Counted from the stretch's first letter, positions 17,599 through 28,295 are shown. The stretch is 64,000 nt of DNA from Chthonomonas calidirosea (GCA_020722705.1 DYKI01000003.1:4177-68176); one strand, 5' to 3'. The notes: generated by a model not told the origin, from the sequence alone. Translations and numbers: made by a program.

Positions 17599-18223
17599 GT
17601 GCCGACGCTCCGACGCGGCATCGCTCGGCGAGAATGATGGCACGCAGCTCGTCAACCGCTACGCAGAGATGATCGTTCACCACCACAAAGTCATACTCGT
17701 GTGCGGACGCGATCTCGCGTTCAGCCTCGCCGACCCGCTTCGCAATATCGGCTGCGGACTCGGTGCCGCGCGACATCAGACGTGATTCGAGAGCCTCCAG
17801 CGAAAGCGGCATGACGAAGACCAATCTCGCATCCGGGATCCGACGTCGCACTTCACGGGCGCCATGGGTCTCGATCTTCAGGATAACGTCAATGCCGGCC
17901 TTGAGGATGTCGGCAATCGGGGCCAGGGGAGTGCCGTACCTGTGACCGACGAACGTGGCCGTTTCCAGGAACCACCCGGATGCCTCGCGCTTGGTGAACT
18001 CGTCGGGCGTGAGAAAGTGGTAGTCCACGCCATCAGTCTCCCCGCGGCGTTGAGGCCGCGTCGTGGCGGTTACCAGCCGCTGGATGCCGGGCAGTCCGGC
18101 AGGTGCGCCGATCAGTTCGCGGATCACCGCGTCCTTGCCGACGCCGCTCGGGCCGGACACGACAAAGACCCTACCTTGACGACTGGTGATTCCGGTAATG
18201 GCGTGAAGATCGGCTCTGTGCAT
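17591..18223 (-). CDS. gmk: Guanylate kinase
   Basis: SGPSGVGK, TTRPQRRGE.DGVDYHF, YGT, RGTES, YDFVVVND. Confidence 0.95.
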   Translation of the reverse strand: MHRADLHAITGITSRQGRVFVVSGPSGVGKDAVIRELIGAPAGLPGIQRLVTATTRPQRRGETDGVDYHFLTPDEFTKREASGWFLETATFVGHRYGTPLAPIADILKAGIDVILKIETHGAREVRRRIPDARLVFVMPLSLEALESRLMSRGTESAADIAKRVGEAEREIASAHEYDFVVVNDHLCVAVDELRAIILAERCRVGASAHG

Positions 18224-18294
18224 GGCCTGAGATTACCTGAAGGCTTGGCGTCGAGTCACGGGGCAGAATGCGGCGCAATCCGCGCAGAGATCGG

Positions 18295-18320
18295 TGAAAC
18301 CATCATGACGGCCGTGCGTA
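18295..18320 (+). promoter_or_regulatory. SigW-type ECF promoter
   Basis: TGAAAC-N16-CGTA, an exact match to the Bacillus SigW consensus, upstream of the DUF4097 gene. Confidence 0.7.
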
Positions 18321-18397
18321 GTGGGAATATCGCCGGCACTGGAGAAGCAGATGCCGCGCTTGGTGACCGTACGTAAGGATAGCACGGAGGTGGTCCG

Positions 18398-19852
18398 ATG
18401 GGTGACGAGCATGTAGTCCGAATCCTGAAAATGGTTGAGGACGGCAAGATATCCGCCAAGGAGGCCGAGACTCTCATCGCCGCCTTAAGAGCGGGCGCAC
18501 CGGATGCTGCGAGACCGACAACGGAGAAACCCAGATCGGAACAGAGTCAGTCCCGCCAGAGCGAGACAGCCGAGAAGTCATTCGAGTTCAGGTGGGGCCA
18601 GCGGCGGAGCATGCCCGTTGACCTCGGAGCCATTGGCAAGCAGATTTCCGCTGCGGTCCGCCAGATTGACCCGGACAAAATCCTTAAGGATGCCGCACTG
18701 GGCGGCAAGCGGCTTCAGGAGAAAATCCGGGTGTGGGCTCGCGCCTTCCAGGATGATGATGCCAGTCGGCCCGTCAACCCGCTCGGTCTGCCTATGGCCC
18801 GCCGAACGGAGACCGTCCCGATCGAGCTAATGCCGGACGCCTTCCTGGAGATCACCAACCCTGCCGGATCCGTGACGGTGCTCGGAGGGGCGGAAACTGC
18901 CTCGGTTGAAGTGACGCGCGAGGCTTGGGCCGCGACGGAGCTTGAGGCGGAGGCGCGGCTCGGCGACCTCACGTTCGGTGTGACCGGTCCGGAAACCGCA
19001 ACTGAGGATCAGTCTGGGGCGGAAAGCCCGACGAAAGTCACGGTGAACGTCTCGACGCCTCCGGATTGGAGCGACGGAGTGGTGGACCTTGTCGTGCGCG
19101 TTCCATCGTCCATCCATGCCACGGTATCAACGACGTTCGGCGATGCACGCATCGAGAACGTCTCGGGACGCCTGGACATCAGCACTCGCGGGGGCAAGCT
19201 TTCGGGAGGCAATCTCGCAGGTCCCGTCCGCGCCGAGACCGTGTCGGGCGACATTCAGATGAGCGACGTGAGCGAAGGACTGGTTGCGGTCAGCAAGAGC
19301 GGCGACATCGAGGTAGAGCGCATGGGCCAGGGTGGCGAAGTCACCACAGTGAGCGGCGCAATACGGCTCATCGGTGTCGAAGGCCCGGCGGCGCAGGCTC
19401 ACACGGTATCCGGTGATGTGACGATCGAGCATGCTGGGGTGCAGGCGCCGGTGGACCTGAGCGCCGAGACTGTGTCGGGGGACCTCACGGTGGTCCATTC
19501 GGTCGGCTCACTCAGGATCAAGACGGTCAGCGGAGATGCCTCTGCCGAGCGGTTGAACGTGACCAGGATCGAATGCCATACCGTGTCGGGCGACCTCACT
19601 GTGTCCATGGACAGCGTCTTTACCGGCACAATGGAGGCCGGCTCTGTGTCAGGTGACGTGCAAATCTGCATCCCCGATGGCAGCAGCTTCCGGTTTGATC
19701 TTGCCACTCGGTCTGGAAGCCTGTCGTGTGATCATCCTGCCGCTGATACGGAGCAGAGCCAGAAAGCGCTTCGCGGGACGGTGGCCGGCGGCACAGGCGT
19801 CGTGTCGGTTCAGACGCTTTCCGGCGACATTGGGATCACGCGGTATCCGTAG
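18398..19852 (+). CDS. DUF4097 beta-strand repeat protein with SHOCT-like N-terminus (YvlB/LiaX-like)
   Basis: RILKMVEDGKISAKEAETLIAAL N-terminus; many TVSGD repeats; GGAGG SD. Confidence 0.85.
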   Translation: MGDEHVVRILKMVEDGKISAKEAETLIAALRAGAPDAARPTTEKPRSEQSQSRQSETAEKSFEFRWGQRRSMPVDLGAIGKQISAAVRQIDPDKILKDAALGGKRLQEKIRVWARAFQDDDASRPVNPLGLPMARRTETVPIELMPDAFLEITNPAGSVTVLGGAETASVEVTREAWAATELEAEARLGDLTFGVTGPETATEDQSGAESPTKVTVNVSTPPDWSDGVVDLVVRVPSSIHATVSTTFGDARIENVSGRLDISTRGGKLSGGNLAGPVRAETVSGDIQMSDVSEGLVAVSKSGDIEVERMGQGGEVTTVSGAIRLIGVEGPAAQAHTVSGDVTIEHAGVQAPVDLSAETVSGDLTVVHSVGSLRIKTVSGDASAERLNVTRIECHTVSGDLTVSMDSVFTGTMEAGSVSGDVQICIPDGSSFRFDLATRSGSLSCDHPAADTEQSQKALRGTVAGGTGVVSVQTLSGDIGITRYP

Positions 19853-19854
19853 AA

Positions 19855-22800
19855 CTATGGACGGACCTCGGGGGCCATTGGCCGCGCCGGCTCTGCGTGG
19901 GCTCGGCATCCCGGAGTCTGGAGCCGCAACGAGACGGCAGCCGGGGCATGCGGACCGATCCTCATGGTCACGCTTCCGTCTCGGCCAATGCGAAGAGGGC
20001 GTCTGTCTTCGCCTGCCAGGTTGGTGGAGGCTGCGGCCTGAACTGACCTGTCTGGGACCCTCAGGGTGACGTTGGCTATGTCGGGCTTCAGATTCAGCAA
20101 CTGCAGGACTGCCTCATCGCTGTGCGGCTCGACAGCCGTCACTTCCGCCCCAGACACAACAAACCCGGAGGCAACCGGCGGGCTTCCCGATGGGGCCTGT
20201 GTCACGATCGGGCCGTTGTCCAGGATGCCGGCCGGCGTTCTCATTCGATTCGGGCTCAACTGCGCGGCGTCGGGATCACACATGTCTGAGGCGGCCTCAT
20301 TGCCCATTCGCCACGCCAGAACGGCGTCGAAGGGCCGGTCGGACGTCCGGATGGTGAAGCCAAATGTCATCGGACCGTCCTGGTTGGCTCGATAGTTGGT
20401 ATCCCAGTAGTTGTTGAGCACGTAAGCATAGACTGTTGAGCTGGGCTCGAGCGTCTTCCTCCACTGGCCTCGGAACAGGTCCCCGATGGTGACAAGGGGA
20501 GTGTGGGGCATCAGGACCATCGCGCTCCGGTCGCGATCGCTGACAGCGACGAACGTTGAACATGCGTACCACTCCCGGCACGCGCCTGGAAGCTGACCAC
20601 GTTCAGCTTCGATGATGCCCATGGGCACGTCAAGGTAGGTGCGAGCCTGAGACTTCTCCAACGCCAGCGGGAAAGCGAAGTAAGCCGCCTCCTTTGTCGT
20701 CGTGGAACGATGGTGGACGATGTTCCTGAACTCGATCTGGCCGTCAGCATGTGCGATGACATAGCTGTCCACCGCCGGCAGACCGGCCCCGGTCCTCCGA
20801 AGATGGAGCACGGCCCTGACCGGCCCGTTCTCGACCAACGCGATCTCCGAGTGTGTATGGGTTCGCACGTCAACCGCAGGAGGGCCGCCATGTTGGTTGA
20901 TCAGAGCGGATCCCTCTCCTCCGGCTGCGTACAGGAACTGGTTCAGACAATGCCCGTTATCTGCTCGGACCCATTCCCGTTCCGTAGCGGCTTCCTTGAG
21001 ACTCGTCACGGCGCCCGTGGCGGTGTCCAGGCGCAGTCGCCAGTGAGGCGACATCCACTCGTAGGGAGAGGACCCCTGCGTCAGGAGCGGAGGGCCCGAC
21101 GTAGACGATAAAGTAACACGGCAGTCCCGGTATCCGAAGGGCGGGACGCGCTCCGCGATGAAGACAAGACGCCGGCCGCCGTGGCTCTCCGTCTGGCTCG
21201 GCAGTGGTTGGCCGGACTGCGCTTCTTCGGCTCCGGTCGGGCCGGTCTCGCCGGCCACAGGCAGCGTGACTTCGATGTTCCGCTCCCACGCAAGCGGATT
21301 CCACACACGCACAACTGCTCCGATCCGCGCCACTGCGGGCGCTCCGAGCCGATGGACTGCGGCCTGCGACCGGGTTCGCGCCTCATCGGCGAACGCCTTC
21401 TTTCGCCTCCACTGCGAGAGGGTCTGCTCGGAATACGGTGCGGAAACGCTGCACCATGCACCCCAGGTGTGCTCGTCATAGAACATCACCGACTGCCACG
21501 CTTTGTCGAGATCGGCAATCAGGGGAGCGGAGTGGCGAGTGGCGAGAGGCGAGTTGCCGGCAGCGTGCAACGTCAGCAAGCGTTGGGCGGAACTGAGGCG
21601 TGCGCGTGCGTGTCGCGTGATCGCAGTCTCATGGGCGGATGACGCCGCACCGTCCTCCCAGTACGCTCCCAGGTCGCCGGAGAATACGGGGAGGCGGCTG
21701 CCGGACTCGCGTTCAACATGCCGGAAGAAGTCGGCGGCGGATGCCAGAACGATCCTCGGGTAGGCGTAGCGACGGTTCCATTCACGTGCAATGCGCGCGT
21801 AGGCGGGTGCCATCGCAACGTTGTCACTGAAAGCGCCATACGCGATGGCAGCAGTGCCCGGATATTCGGGGCGATCCATTCCCCGCAGCCAGGCAGGGAG
21901 AGTTCGCTCCATATCCGCAACGCTTGAAGTGAGCCCGATGCTGCCCATCTGAGCATACCCATGGGTCAAGATGGCGAGCACTCGCGATCCGTCAGGACCT
22001 TCCCACCAGAAGGGGCACTGGCGCATCCTCGCATCGGCATAGCGAAACAATGGACCTCGGTACTCGTTGACGGCATCGGTGAAGTACCGATAGCCGCTGT
22101 GCTTCAACAGTGTCGGCAAGGTGCCAACCGCGCTGGGTACATCATTCAGCGCCGCGGTTCGGGCGGCATCATGTCGCAGTGCCCGGAATGCCGTCGCCCT
22201 TCGCACGACACGCACCAACTCCTCGGAGGAGCAGAGGCCGGTCAGCATGTTCAGGTACAGGCCATGTACGCCAATGCCCCCGGACTTCACCGCAGCATCG
22301 AGCTCGGTCCTGAGCTCCGGCCTCCACTGTTCGATCAGATCGGCGTGAAGAGCCACTTCGAGATTCCAGCGGAAGCCTGGGATCCGCTTGAGCGCCTCAA
22401 GGGCTCCCACAGTGTTCATCAGGTGTCGTTCGACAGCGTTCTCCTGTATGTCGGTGTAACCGATGTCCGTGTGAGATGTCGGCACGGCGTAGACTGTCCA
22501 GCGGCGATGCGGCATAAGTTGAACCTTCGCTCGCACGGTTGATGGTCCCGTCGTCACCGCAACCTCCGAATCGCCCGCGTGGCGCACAGGTTCGACTTCA
22601 ATGTGCACCAGGTTCGGTCCGGGAAAGAGCGTTACCGTCCTTCGCGTTGGTGAGCCGCCGCCGATGGAGATGACGGCCTGGCCTTCGACGCCGCCATTGT
22701 GGGCGAAGACCTGGACAATCTGCCGGAGACCGCGGGGCGTCCTTCGGTAGAGCATGGTGCACGACGCCGAGAGGTCATCCACATGCGGGTGCATCGGTTC

Positions 22801-23382
22801 CGACAGGCCTGCGTCAAGGCCGATGTAGTCGTACAGCATCCAACTGCCGGATGTCACTTCAAGCTCAACTTTGTTGAGGCCTCTGCGCAGGAAGGATGCA
22901 GGAAACGGAATCGAGAGTTCATGAGGCTTGCCTTGCCTCGGATCGGTGAGGGAGCCATCCGGACCGCCGGGCGGCAACGAGTACCGGTAAGGTCTTCGAC
23001 CGTTGACAGCGACTGAAAGCAGAGGTGGGAGCACGTTGTGGGTGTTGACGAGCCCGATTCTCAGACGGCAGACGCCGGATGCGGCATCCTCCATGCTGAA
23101 TGTGAGCTCCAGACGATGCGGCCTGCTGCCTGCCCAGGCGTCGGCGGGTCCGGGGTGAATGAACGGCCAACGTCCGGATGCGTCCGAATCCCGAGCATCA
23201 ACAGAGACACGCCCGCCGAACAGCGACGCATAGGCCGGATGGTTCCCGGCGATGGCGAACTCGCGGTAGTCATTGTCCTTGACGCCCAGACGCCACACCT
23301 CATCGGCCGCAGCGGCATCGGACATGTGCGTACCCACCGTCAGCGCCAGGGCACAGACAACCGACCCAAGATATGGTTTCAG
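19855..23382 (-). CDS. Secreted GH38-like glycoside hydrolase with an N-terminal PL4 domain III-like module
   Basis: Signal peptide; WRLG..DNDYREFA and WPFIHPGPADAWAG; SHTDIGY (Zn HxD), NDVP, YWEDG, FYDEHTWG, NNYWDTNY. Start approximate (near the upstream stop). Confidence 0.75.
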   Translation of the reverse strand: MKPYLGSVVCALALTVGTHMSDAAAADEVWRLGVKDNDYREFAIAGNHPAYASLFGGRVSVDARDSDASGRWPFIHPGPADAWAGSRPHRLELTFSMEDAASGVCRLRIGLVNTHNVLPPLLSVAVNGRRPYRYSLPPGGPDGSLTDPRQGKPHELSIPFPASFLRRGLNKVELEVTSGSWMLYDYIGLDAGLSEPMHPHVDDLSASCTMLYRRTPRGLRQIVQVFAHNGGVEGQAVISIGGGSPTRRTVTLFPGPNLVHIEVEPVRHAGDSEVAVTTGPSTVRAKVQLMPHRRWTVYAVPTSHTDIGYTDIQENAVERHLMNTVGALEALKRIPGFRWNLEVALHADLIEQWRPELRTELDAAVKSGGIGVHGLYLNMLTGLCSSEELVRVVRRATAFRALRHDAARTAALNDVPSAVGTLPTLLKHSGYRYFTDAVNEYRGPLFRYADARMRQCPFWWEGPDGSRVLAILTHGYAQMGSIGLTSSVADMERTLPAWLRGMDRPEYPGTAAIAYGAFSDNVAMAPAYARIAREWNRRYAYPRIVLASAADFFRHVERESGSRLPVFSGDLGAYWEDGAASSAHETAITRHARARLSSAQRLLTLHAAGNSPLATRHSAPLIADLDKAWQSVMFYDEHTWGAWCSVSAPYSEQTLSQWRRKKAFADEARTRSQAAVHRLGAPAVARIGAVVRVWNPLAWERNIEVTLPVAGETGPTGAEEAQSGQPLPSQTESHGGRRLVFIAERVPPFGYRDCRVTLSSTSGPPLLTQGSSPYEWMSPHWRLRLDTATGAVTSLKEAATEREWVRADNGHCLNQFLYAAGGEGSALINQHGGPPAVDVRTHTHSEIALVENGPVRAVLHLRRTGAGLPAVDSYVIAHADGQIEFRNIVHHRSTTTKEAAYFAFPLALEKSQARTYLDVPMGIIEAERGQLPGACREWYACSTFVAVSDRDRSAMVLMPHTPLVTIGDLFRGQWRKTLEPSSTVYAYVLNNYWDTNYRANQDGPMTFGFTIRTSDRPFDAVLAWRMGNEAASDMCDPDAAQLSPNRMRTPAGILDNGPIVTQAPSGSPPVASGFVVSGAEVTAVEPHSDEAVLQLLNLKPDIANVTLRVPDRSVQAAASTNLAGEDRRPLRIGRDGSVTMRIGPHAPAAVSLRLQTPGCRAHAEPARPMAPEVRP

Positions 23383-26300
23383 GGGAGCCTCCGATCTGGA
23401 ATCTGAATCATGGGTGGGACGGCCAGGCGTGTTCTGTCGGCTTCGCCGATACCTGGACCCTGTGCGTTCGGATAGAACCTGTAGGATACAACCTGCATGC
23501 GCGCATCTCGGCTTACGAACCCGACGCCTCCCCACTCCGAGGCGTCCCAGTACGCGAGTGAGGCCGAGGGTGCGAGCGTGACGCAGGAGTGCGACCATCC
23601 GTTACCGCGAACCTCATACCACACAACCGGGCCGCCGCCCGTCATGCCCTCGGCTTCGCCACGTCCGTCTATGGCGGCTGAGCGTCCCGCTGAGTCTCGT
23701 ATTTGTCCGGACGCCATGTAGAACGCCCTGCACAGGATGCCGACGACGGGCTCCATCAGCGTGCGAACGTCGAAGCGATCATCGTAGAAGGTGTACTCCT
23801 TGACGTACCGGATGTCCTTCGTGAGCTGCTTCCGGACCTGGACGATGGTTCGGACGGGGCCATCCGACAGGATTCCGGTGGTGCATGACATGCCGGCCTC
23901 GTCCGTCCAGCCGGTCTCCGCCGACGAGGCAAGTATCTTCGAGATCGCCGGTATCGCTTTGTGTTGCCGGGCGATGACGGCCAGGTTCCTGAGAACTCCC
24001 TCATGCAAATCTGCCGAATACGTAACCGCGCGGACGTTGTGGCCGTCGGGAGTCACGCGCGCGGACACGTGGGGCAGCAGTCCGAGTCGGCTGCCGCGTG
24101 GTGCGTTCCATACCACGGAGAAGCTCCGTCTGCTGTGGGCGGGGAACGCACCTTGCGGAACGAAGCACAGCACGCGCTCGTTCTGGAGAACGTCCACCTG
24201 GCTGGGGCATGGACGCATCACACCGGCCACATCCTCGAAGACACGCACGGAGGCAGGATCCGCGTTGTCCCAAGGCATCGGAGTGACGATTGGTTGGGCC
24301 GTCCGGTCAATGTTGCCTGCTTCGACGACGACGGTGGCCGACTTCGCCCAGGTTCGTGGGAGCTTACGCACATACACCGGAAGTGACAGCTCATTGTCGG
24401 CCAGGCACAGGTCCTGCTCGGATGACTGCACACGGAAGATCAGCCGCCTACGACCATCAAGCCGACTGGTTGGGATGCGCAGCCGGACCATGGTTGTTCC
24501 ACGCGGGGCAATGGCGATCATGCGTGAAGTCACAAGTCGTCCAGGTCCTGCACGATCGCAGAACACCATGACCGTGCATCTGGCCGGCGTCCGGCGGCCT
24601 CGGTTTGCGATGGACAGGACAGCCTCCGCGGGTTGCCCATGGCCGACGTCAGTCGCAGTGAGGTGTGACTCAGCGCTTATCCTCAGGTCCGGTGCCGCTG
24701 CAGCGTGACCATACAGCACCTCGTATGTGCCGGGCGAGATCATCCGATGACCTCCGCGAGCGATCCGCCCGACCTGCGCCTGCCGCCCGCCGCCCGGTTG
24801 GACGGGGTAGATGAGCGCCTCGGATGGCCGGCCGTCAATGGGCATATCAGCCCACTCAAGGCGTACACCTCGCGATCCGGACACACGCAACCCGATGCAG
24901 CCGGCCCCGCAGACCCATGCCGCCACCGTGCGTCCCGCCTGCTCCCGGTATGTCCAGTCGGACCCGCGGCAAATCGTGACAGTCTGCCCTGCAATGATGG
25001 CCCGCGTCATTCGCAGCGTCGGGCCGCGAACCGCAAACCCGTTCTGCGGCAAGGAGACGGTTTCATTGGGAAGCCGGAGTGCCTGTGTGGCATGTCCGAA
25101 GTTGACGAAGCATGTGGTGCCGTCGGCAAAGCGCGTTCGCTGAAGCGACCGATCGGATGTCAGGAAGCGGTGTTCGGTCATCTCCAGGTGGGCAACCGAC
25201 CTGTGTACGGCGGTGGCGATGGTCGCCGTACGCAGGAAAGCGGATCGGTTACGATTCCAGGAGCCGTCGGCGTTGGCCCAGAGCATCGGCATCGTTCCGT
25301 AAAGGACATTGAACGCGTCCTTCTTGTCGGTCAGGTCGGGTGCCGCTTCGAGCAGGAAGTCATTCGAGTCACCCCAGTACCACGTGCTCGCCACGCAGTC
25401 ATGGAACACAAGCTGCCACAATGGGACGCGGTAGGCGTGGCCAATCCCCCAGCGTTCATAGTTGTCCCATGTGTCTGTCTTGTACGGTCCATCGAAGGTT
25501 TCGGACCTGCTCTTTGGGCGAATCAGGTGGCCCGCAGGCCAGGCGAACTGATAGCTGCTGAGCATGCCCTCAACATAACTGAGGTAGGGAACGGCCCACC
25601 AGATGCCGTGTTCGCCTCCGGCTGCCAGGCCAAGGCGAGTCACGGCGCTGAGAAGGCGCTCGCCGCATTGCCGCTTGCCCGTGCGCGACAGCGGGTGCTT
25701 GGGATCGAAGCACTCGTAGAGCCCCTCAGCGGTCGTGACGTCAATGAAGCGACCCAGGAATGGGAGTTCCTTCAGCCGGTCGCTGATGACGCGACGGGCC
25801 GTGCTCTCCCAGAGTGCCGGGCACCGCTTCATGTACTGCGTCTTCTTGTCGTATGTCAGCCAGGCTTTCATCCGGCTCTGGTCCCGGTTCATTACGGCGG
25901 CGTCCGGGAGGTTATCGTGGCTGCTGTCCGGGGGCTTGCCGGCCTCTACAGGCAGGATGTCGGTATAGTTGTCGTATTCAGATGAGAGGTAGCCAAGCGC
26001 GTTGATTGCGCGCATCTGACCCGCGCTGCACGCTCCGTGGATGAGCATCCTGCGCACGCCCTGTGCGTGCGCCTCCTGAGCGAATGACAGCGACGCGTCG
26101 CCCCACACGTCAACGGCCCCGTAAAGGCGTTTCACGTTGGGATTCCTGCGCGCCTTGTCTGCGAGACGCACAAGGATCCCGTGCTTCCGTGCATAGCTTC
26201 GATACGCCTTGGCCATGGCCACGTAGCCGCCAGTTTCAATGAACCGATATTGGACGCGGCGAGGATAGGCGAACCGGCCCTGAGAAGGCAGCCAGCCGAT

Positions 26301-26945
26301 GCGCGGTGCACGGACGTCAGAGCCTGAGATATGCGCCGGCTGCATATCAACGCAAGCGTCATCGCTGGTCTCGATGATGGCGATATAGCCGGAACCATTG
26401 AGGCCATCGGCAACACCAAACCAGGGCATGTCGAGCCGGTCTGCCGCAAGCCAGGGTTTGGGGAACGGCGTAAGGTTCAACGGGTACAGGTGACCGTCAC
26501 AGTAGTCGGCTGCCGCGAGGTAGGCAGCAGGAGTCAGGGGCAGGAAAGAGTCGATGCCGAAGATGTTGGTGAACGGTGCGTCGCGATCTGCCCGATCGGT
26601 CTCGACGGAAAGGTCAGGACTTGTGGGGCTAAGCGTCACGGTGGTGATGACCGTCTGGCTGCCCGCTGTAGTCGTGAACCGTACGCCGTTGGGGACACGG
26701 GTGATTTCTCGAAACGGGTTTCGGTCGGGGCGTCCGGCAGGCGGAGGCTGCAACCACGACTTGCGGCACCGCCGGTCGTATACGCTGATGGACGCGGTCT
26801 CCGGTTCGATCTTGACGCGCAAGGCCCGGTTCTCGATCACTGTGGGCGAGCCGAGGGCGCGCATGGGCCACAGGCAGCAGGCAAGCGGCACCAAACTGTG
26901 TGTGAGGACACGGCCGGCGCTGACGGACGCACTATACGGGGGCAT
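23379..26945 (-). CDS. Secreted GH129/GH101-related (GHL) glycoside hydrolase with a CARDB-like domain
   Basis: LDMPWFG, GGYVAMAKAYR, FIDVTTA, GGEHG, VPLWQLVFHD; Ig-like segment APDL...ANRG...ADNE. Confidence 0.7.
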   Translation of the reverse strand: MPPYSASVSAGRVLTHSLVPLACCLWPMRALGSPTVIENRALRVKIEPETASISVYDRRCRKSWLQPPPAGRPDRNPFREITRVPNGVRFTTTAGSQTVITTVTLSPTSPDLSVETDRADRDAPFTNIFGIDSFLPLTPAAYLAAADYCDGHLYPLNLTPFPKPWLAADRLDMPWFGVADGLNGSGYIAIIETSDDACVDMQPAHISGSDVRAPRIGWLPSQGRFAYPRRVQYRFIETGGYVAMAKAYRSYARKHGILVRLADKARRNPNVKRLYGAVDVWGDASLSFAQEAHAQGVRRMLIHGACSAGQMRAINALGYLSSEYDNYTDILPVEAGKPPDSSHDNLPDAAVMNRDQSRMKAWLTYDKKTQYMKRCPALWESTARRVISDRLKELPFLGRFIDVTTAEGLYECFDPKHPLSRTGKRQCGERLLSAVTRLGLAAGGEHGIWWAVPYLSYVEGMLSSYQFAWPAGHLIRPKSRSETFDGPYKTDTWDNYERWGIGHAYRVPLWQLVFHDCVASTWYWGDSNDFLLEAAPDLTDKKDAFNVLYGTMPMLWANADGSWNRNRSAFLRTATIATAVHRSVAHLEMTEHRFLTSDRSLQRTRFADGTTCFVNFGHATQALRLPNETVSLPQNGFAVRGPTLRMTRAIIAGQTVTICRGSDWTYREQAGRTVAAWVCGAGCIGLRVSGSRGVRLEWADMPIDGRPSEALIYPVQPGGGRQAQVGRIARGGHRMISPGTYEVLYGHAAAAPDLRISAESHLTATDVGHGQPAEAVLSIANRGRRTPARCTVMVFCDRAGPGRLVTSRMIAIAPRGTTMVRLRIPTSRLDGRRRLIFRVQSSEQDLCLADNELSLPVYVRKLPRTWAKSATVVVEAGNIDRTAQPIVTPMPWDNADPASVRVFEDVAGVMRPCPSQVDVLQNERVLCFVPQGAFPAHSRRSFSVVWNAPRGSRLGLLPHVSARVTPDGHNVRAVTYSADLHEGVLRNLAVIARQHKAIPAISKILASSAETGWTDEAGMSCTTGILSDGPVRTIVQVRKQLTKDIRYVKEYTFYDDRFDVRTLMEPVVGILCRAFYMASGQIRDSAGRSAAIDGRGEAEGMTGGGPVVWYEVRGNGWSHSCVTLAPSASLAYWDASEWGGVGFVSRDARMQVVSYRFYPNAQGPGIGEADRTRLAVPPMIQIPDRRLP

Positions 26946-28293
26946 TTGCTTCCTCGCTTGGCGATCGGGCGCCGTCGTCAGGTGAAGACGCTTCGCGCTC
27001 ACCTGCAGAGCGGCTTCCTCGGACGGGCGGCATTGCGAAAGCAGCAACGACACCGGTTGCGGACACGCCCGCCGCCGCTGCGAACACAGCATGGTAGCCA
27101 AGCGCCGCTGCAATGAGACCGCCGATGGGCCCATACATGGCAGAAGGCGTCTGGCATACGCTGGCGACCCCGACCGCGAGCGGGCGCTCCGACTCGTTGG
27201 CTGCCTCCAACAACGCTGTTGACATCACCATCCATACTCCGTCCATCACGGCCCCGAGGAGAGCGAACACGCCGAACATCAACCATGGTTCGCCGGTCAA
27301 CGACAGCAGTGCGACGATTGGTGTGCACGCGATCGTCAGGGCTATTCCCCGAACGCCGACCGTCGTGCCGAACCGATCGGAAAACCAGCCCCAGAGCGGC
27401 CCCGCCGCGATGCGCCCGATACTCTGGGCAACGGTATACAGCCCCACCATGCGCAACGAAACCCCCAGCTCACGCTGGGCGAAGAGGACGTAGAACGGTG
27501 CGGCGATCCCGGCGCCGTCGAGCAGTATCCTGGTCACGATAAGCATACGGAGCCTGGGGGAGCCTCGCAGCATCGGAACGGCCAGCCTGACGTACTGCGT
27601 GAATGTGGGCCGCTGCTCCTCGCCGCCGGCGGTGCCCGGTGGCTCGACAATCATACTCAGTCCCAGTTCGGATCCCATGGCGCCAACGAACCAGAAGCTG
27701 CCCAGAATGGCGAAGTTCAGAGGATACGGCCAGGCGGGTGAGTTGAGCACCGACGCTGCAACAAGCCCGGCGCCCGCCGCACACAGGCCGGCGCTTAGTT
27801 GCATCGCCCCGAAGAAGCGGCCCCGGACGCGCACAGGAATAGCCTTGGCCACGATATCGAACCAGGAAACTGCGCAAGCGCCGTCCATCAGCCAGAACAG
27901 CGCCGTTACCGATATGACCCACGCGAGCGCCAGACTCGGGCGGGAGTCGGCCACGAGCACGACCAACGGGATGGTGAACAGGCCAACGCGCGCTATGGCG
28001 CAGGTCGTCAGCATGAACCCCTTGTGAAGCGCACGCCCGTGGATGTAGTGCGCCGCAATCAGAGCGGGCAAGGTGTACCCCAGCACCTGGACCAAGCGGG
28101 TCATGCCTATCAGGGCATCCGAGGCTCCGAGCTTGCGCAAGAGAACCGGGTAGACGGTTGAGCTGTCGAAGAAAGCAAAGCCGCACATGAACGACGCGGC
28201 CTCGGCCACGAGCAGGGCGGCGTTGCGACGGAAATGCCTGGCGGCGATGTCCTGACCCACGGCCGGGCTGCCGGGGCTCGGCGTCAGGTTCAC
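26932..28293 (-). CDS. MFS transporter
   Basis: About 12 hydrophobic segments; WFDIVAKAIPVRVRGRFFG; WGWFSDRFG. Confidence 0.88.
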   Translation of the reverse strand: MNLTPSPGSPAVGQDIAARHFRRNAALLVAEAASFMCGFAFFDSSTVYPVLLRKLGASDALIGMTRLVQVLGYTLPALIAAHYIHGRALHKGFMLTTCAIARVGLFTIPLVVLVADSRPSLALAWVISVTALFWLMDGACAVSWFDIVAKAIPVRVRGRFFGAMQLSAGLCAAGAGLVAASVLNSPAWPYPLNFAILGSFWFVGAMGSELGLSMIVEPPGTAGGEEQRPTFTQYVRLAVPMLRGSPRLRMLIVTRILLDGAGIAAPFYVLFAQRELGVSLRMVGLYTVAQSIGRIAAGPLWGWFSDRFGTTVGVRGIALTIACTPIVALLSLTGEPWLMFGVFALLGAVMDGVWMVMSTALLEAANESERPLAVGVASVCQTPSAMYGPIGGLIAAALGYHAVFAAAAGVSATGVVAAFAMPPVRGSRSAGEREASSPDDGARSPSEEANAPV

Positions 28294-28295
28294 GT

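Noticed and set aside
18224-18397. Expected RemA/DUF370 gene upstream of gmk
   Set aside because: No matching frame; the interval is explained by two divergent promoters.
19220-19840. Repeated GTGTCGGGCGAC-like sequences as a CRISPR or DNA repeat
   Set aside because: They are degenerate, in frame, and encode the TVSGD repeats of DUF4097. No cas genes are present.
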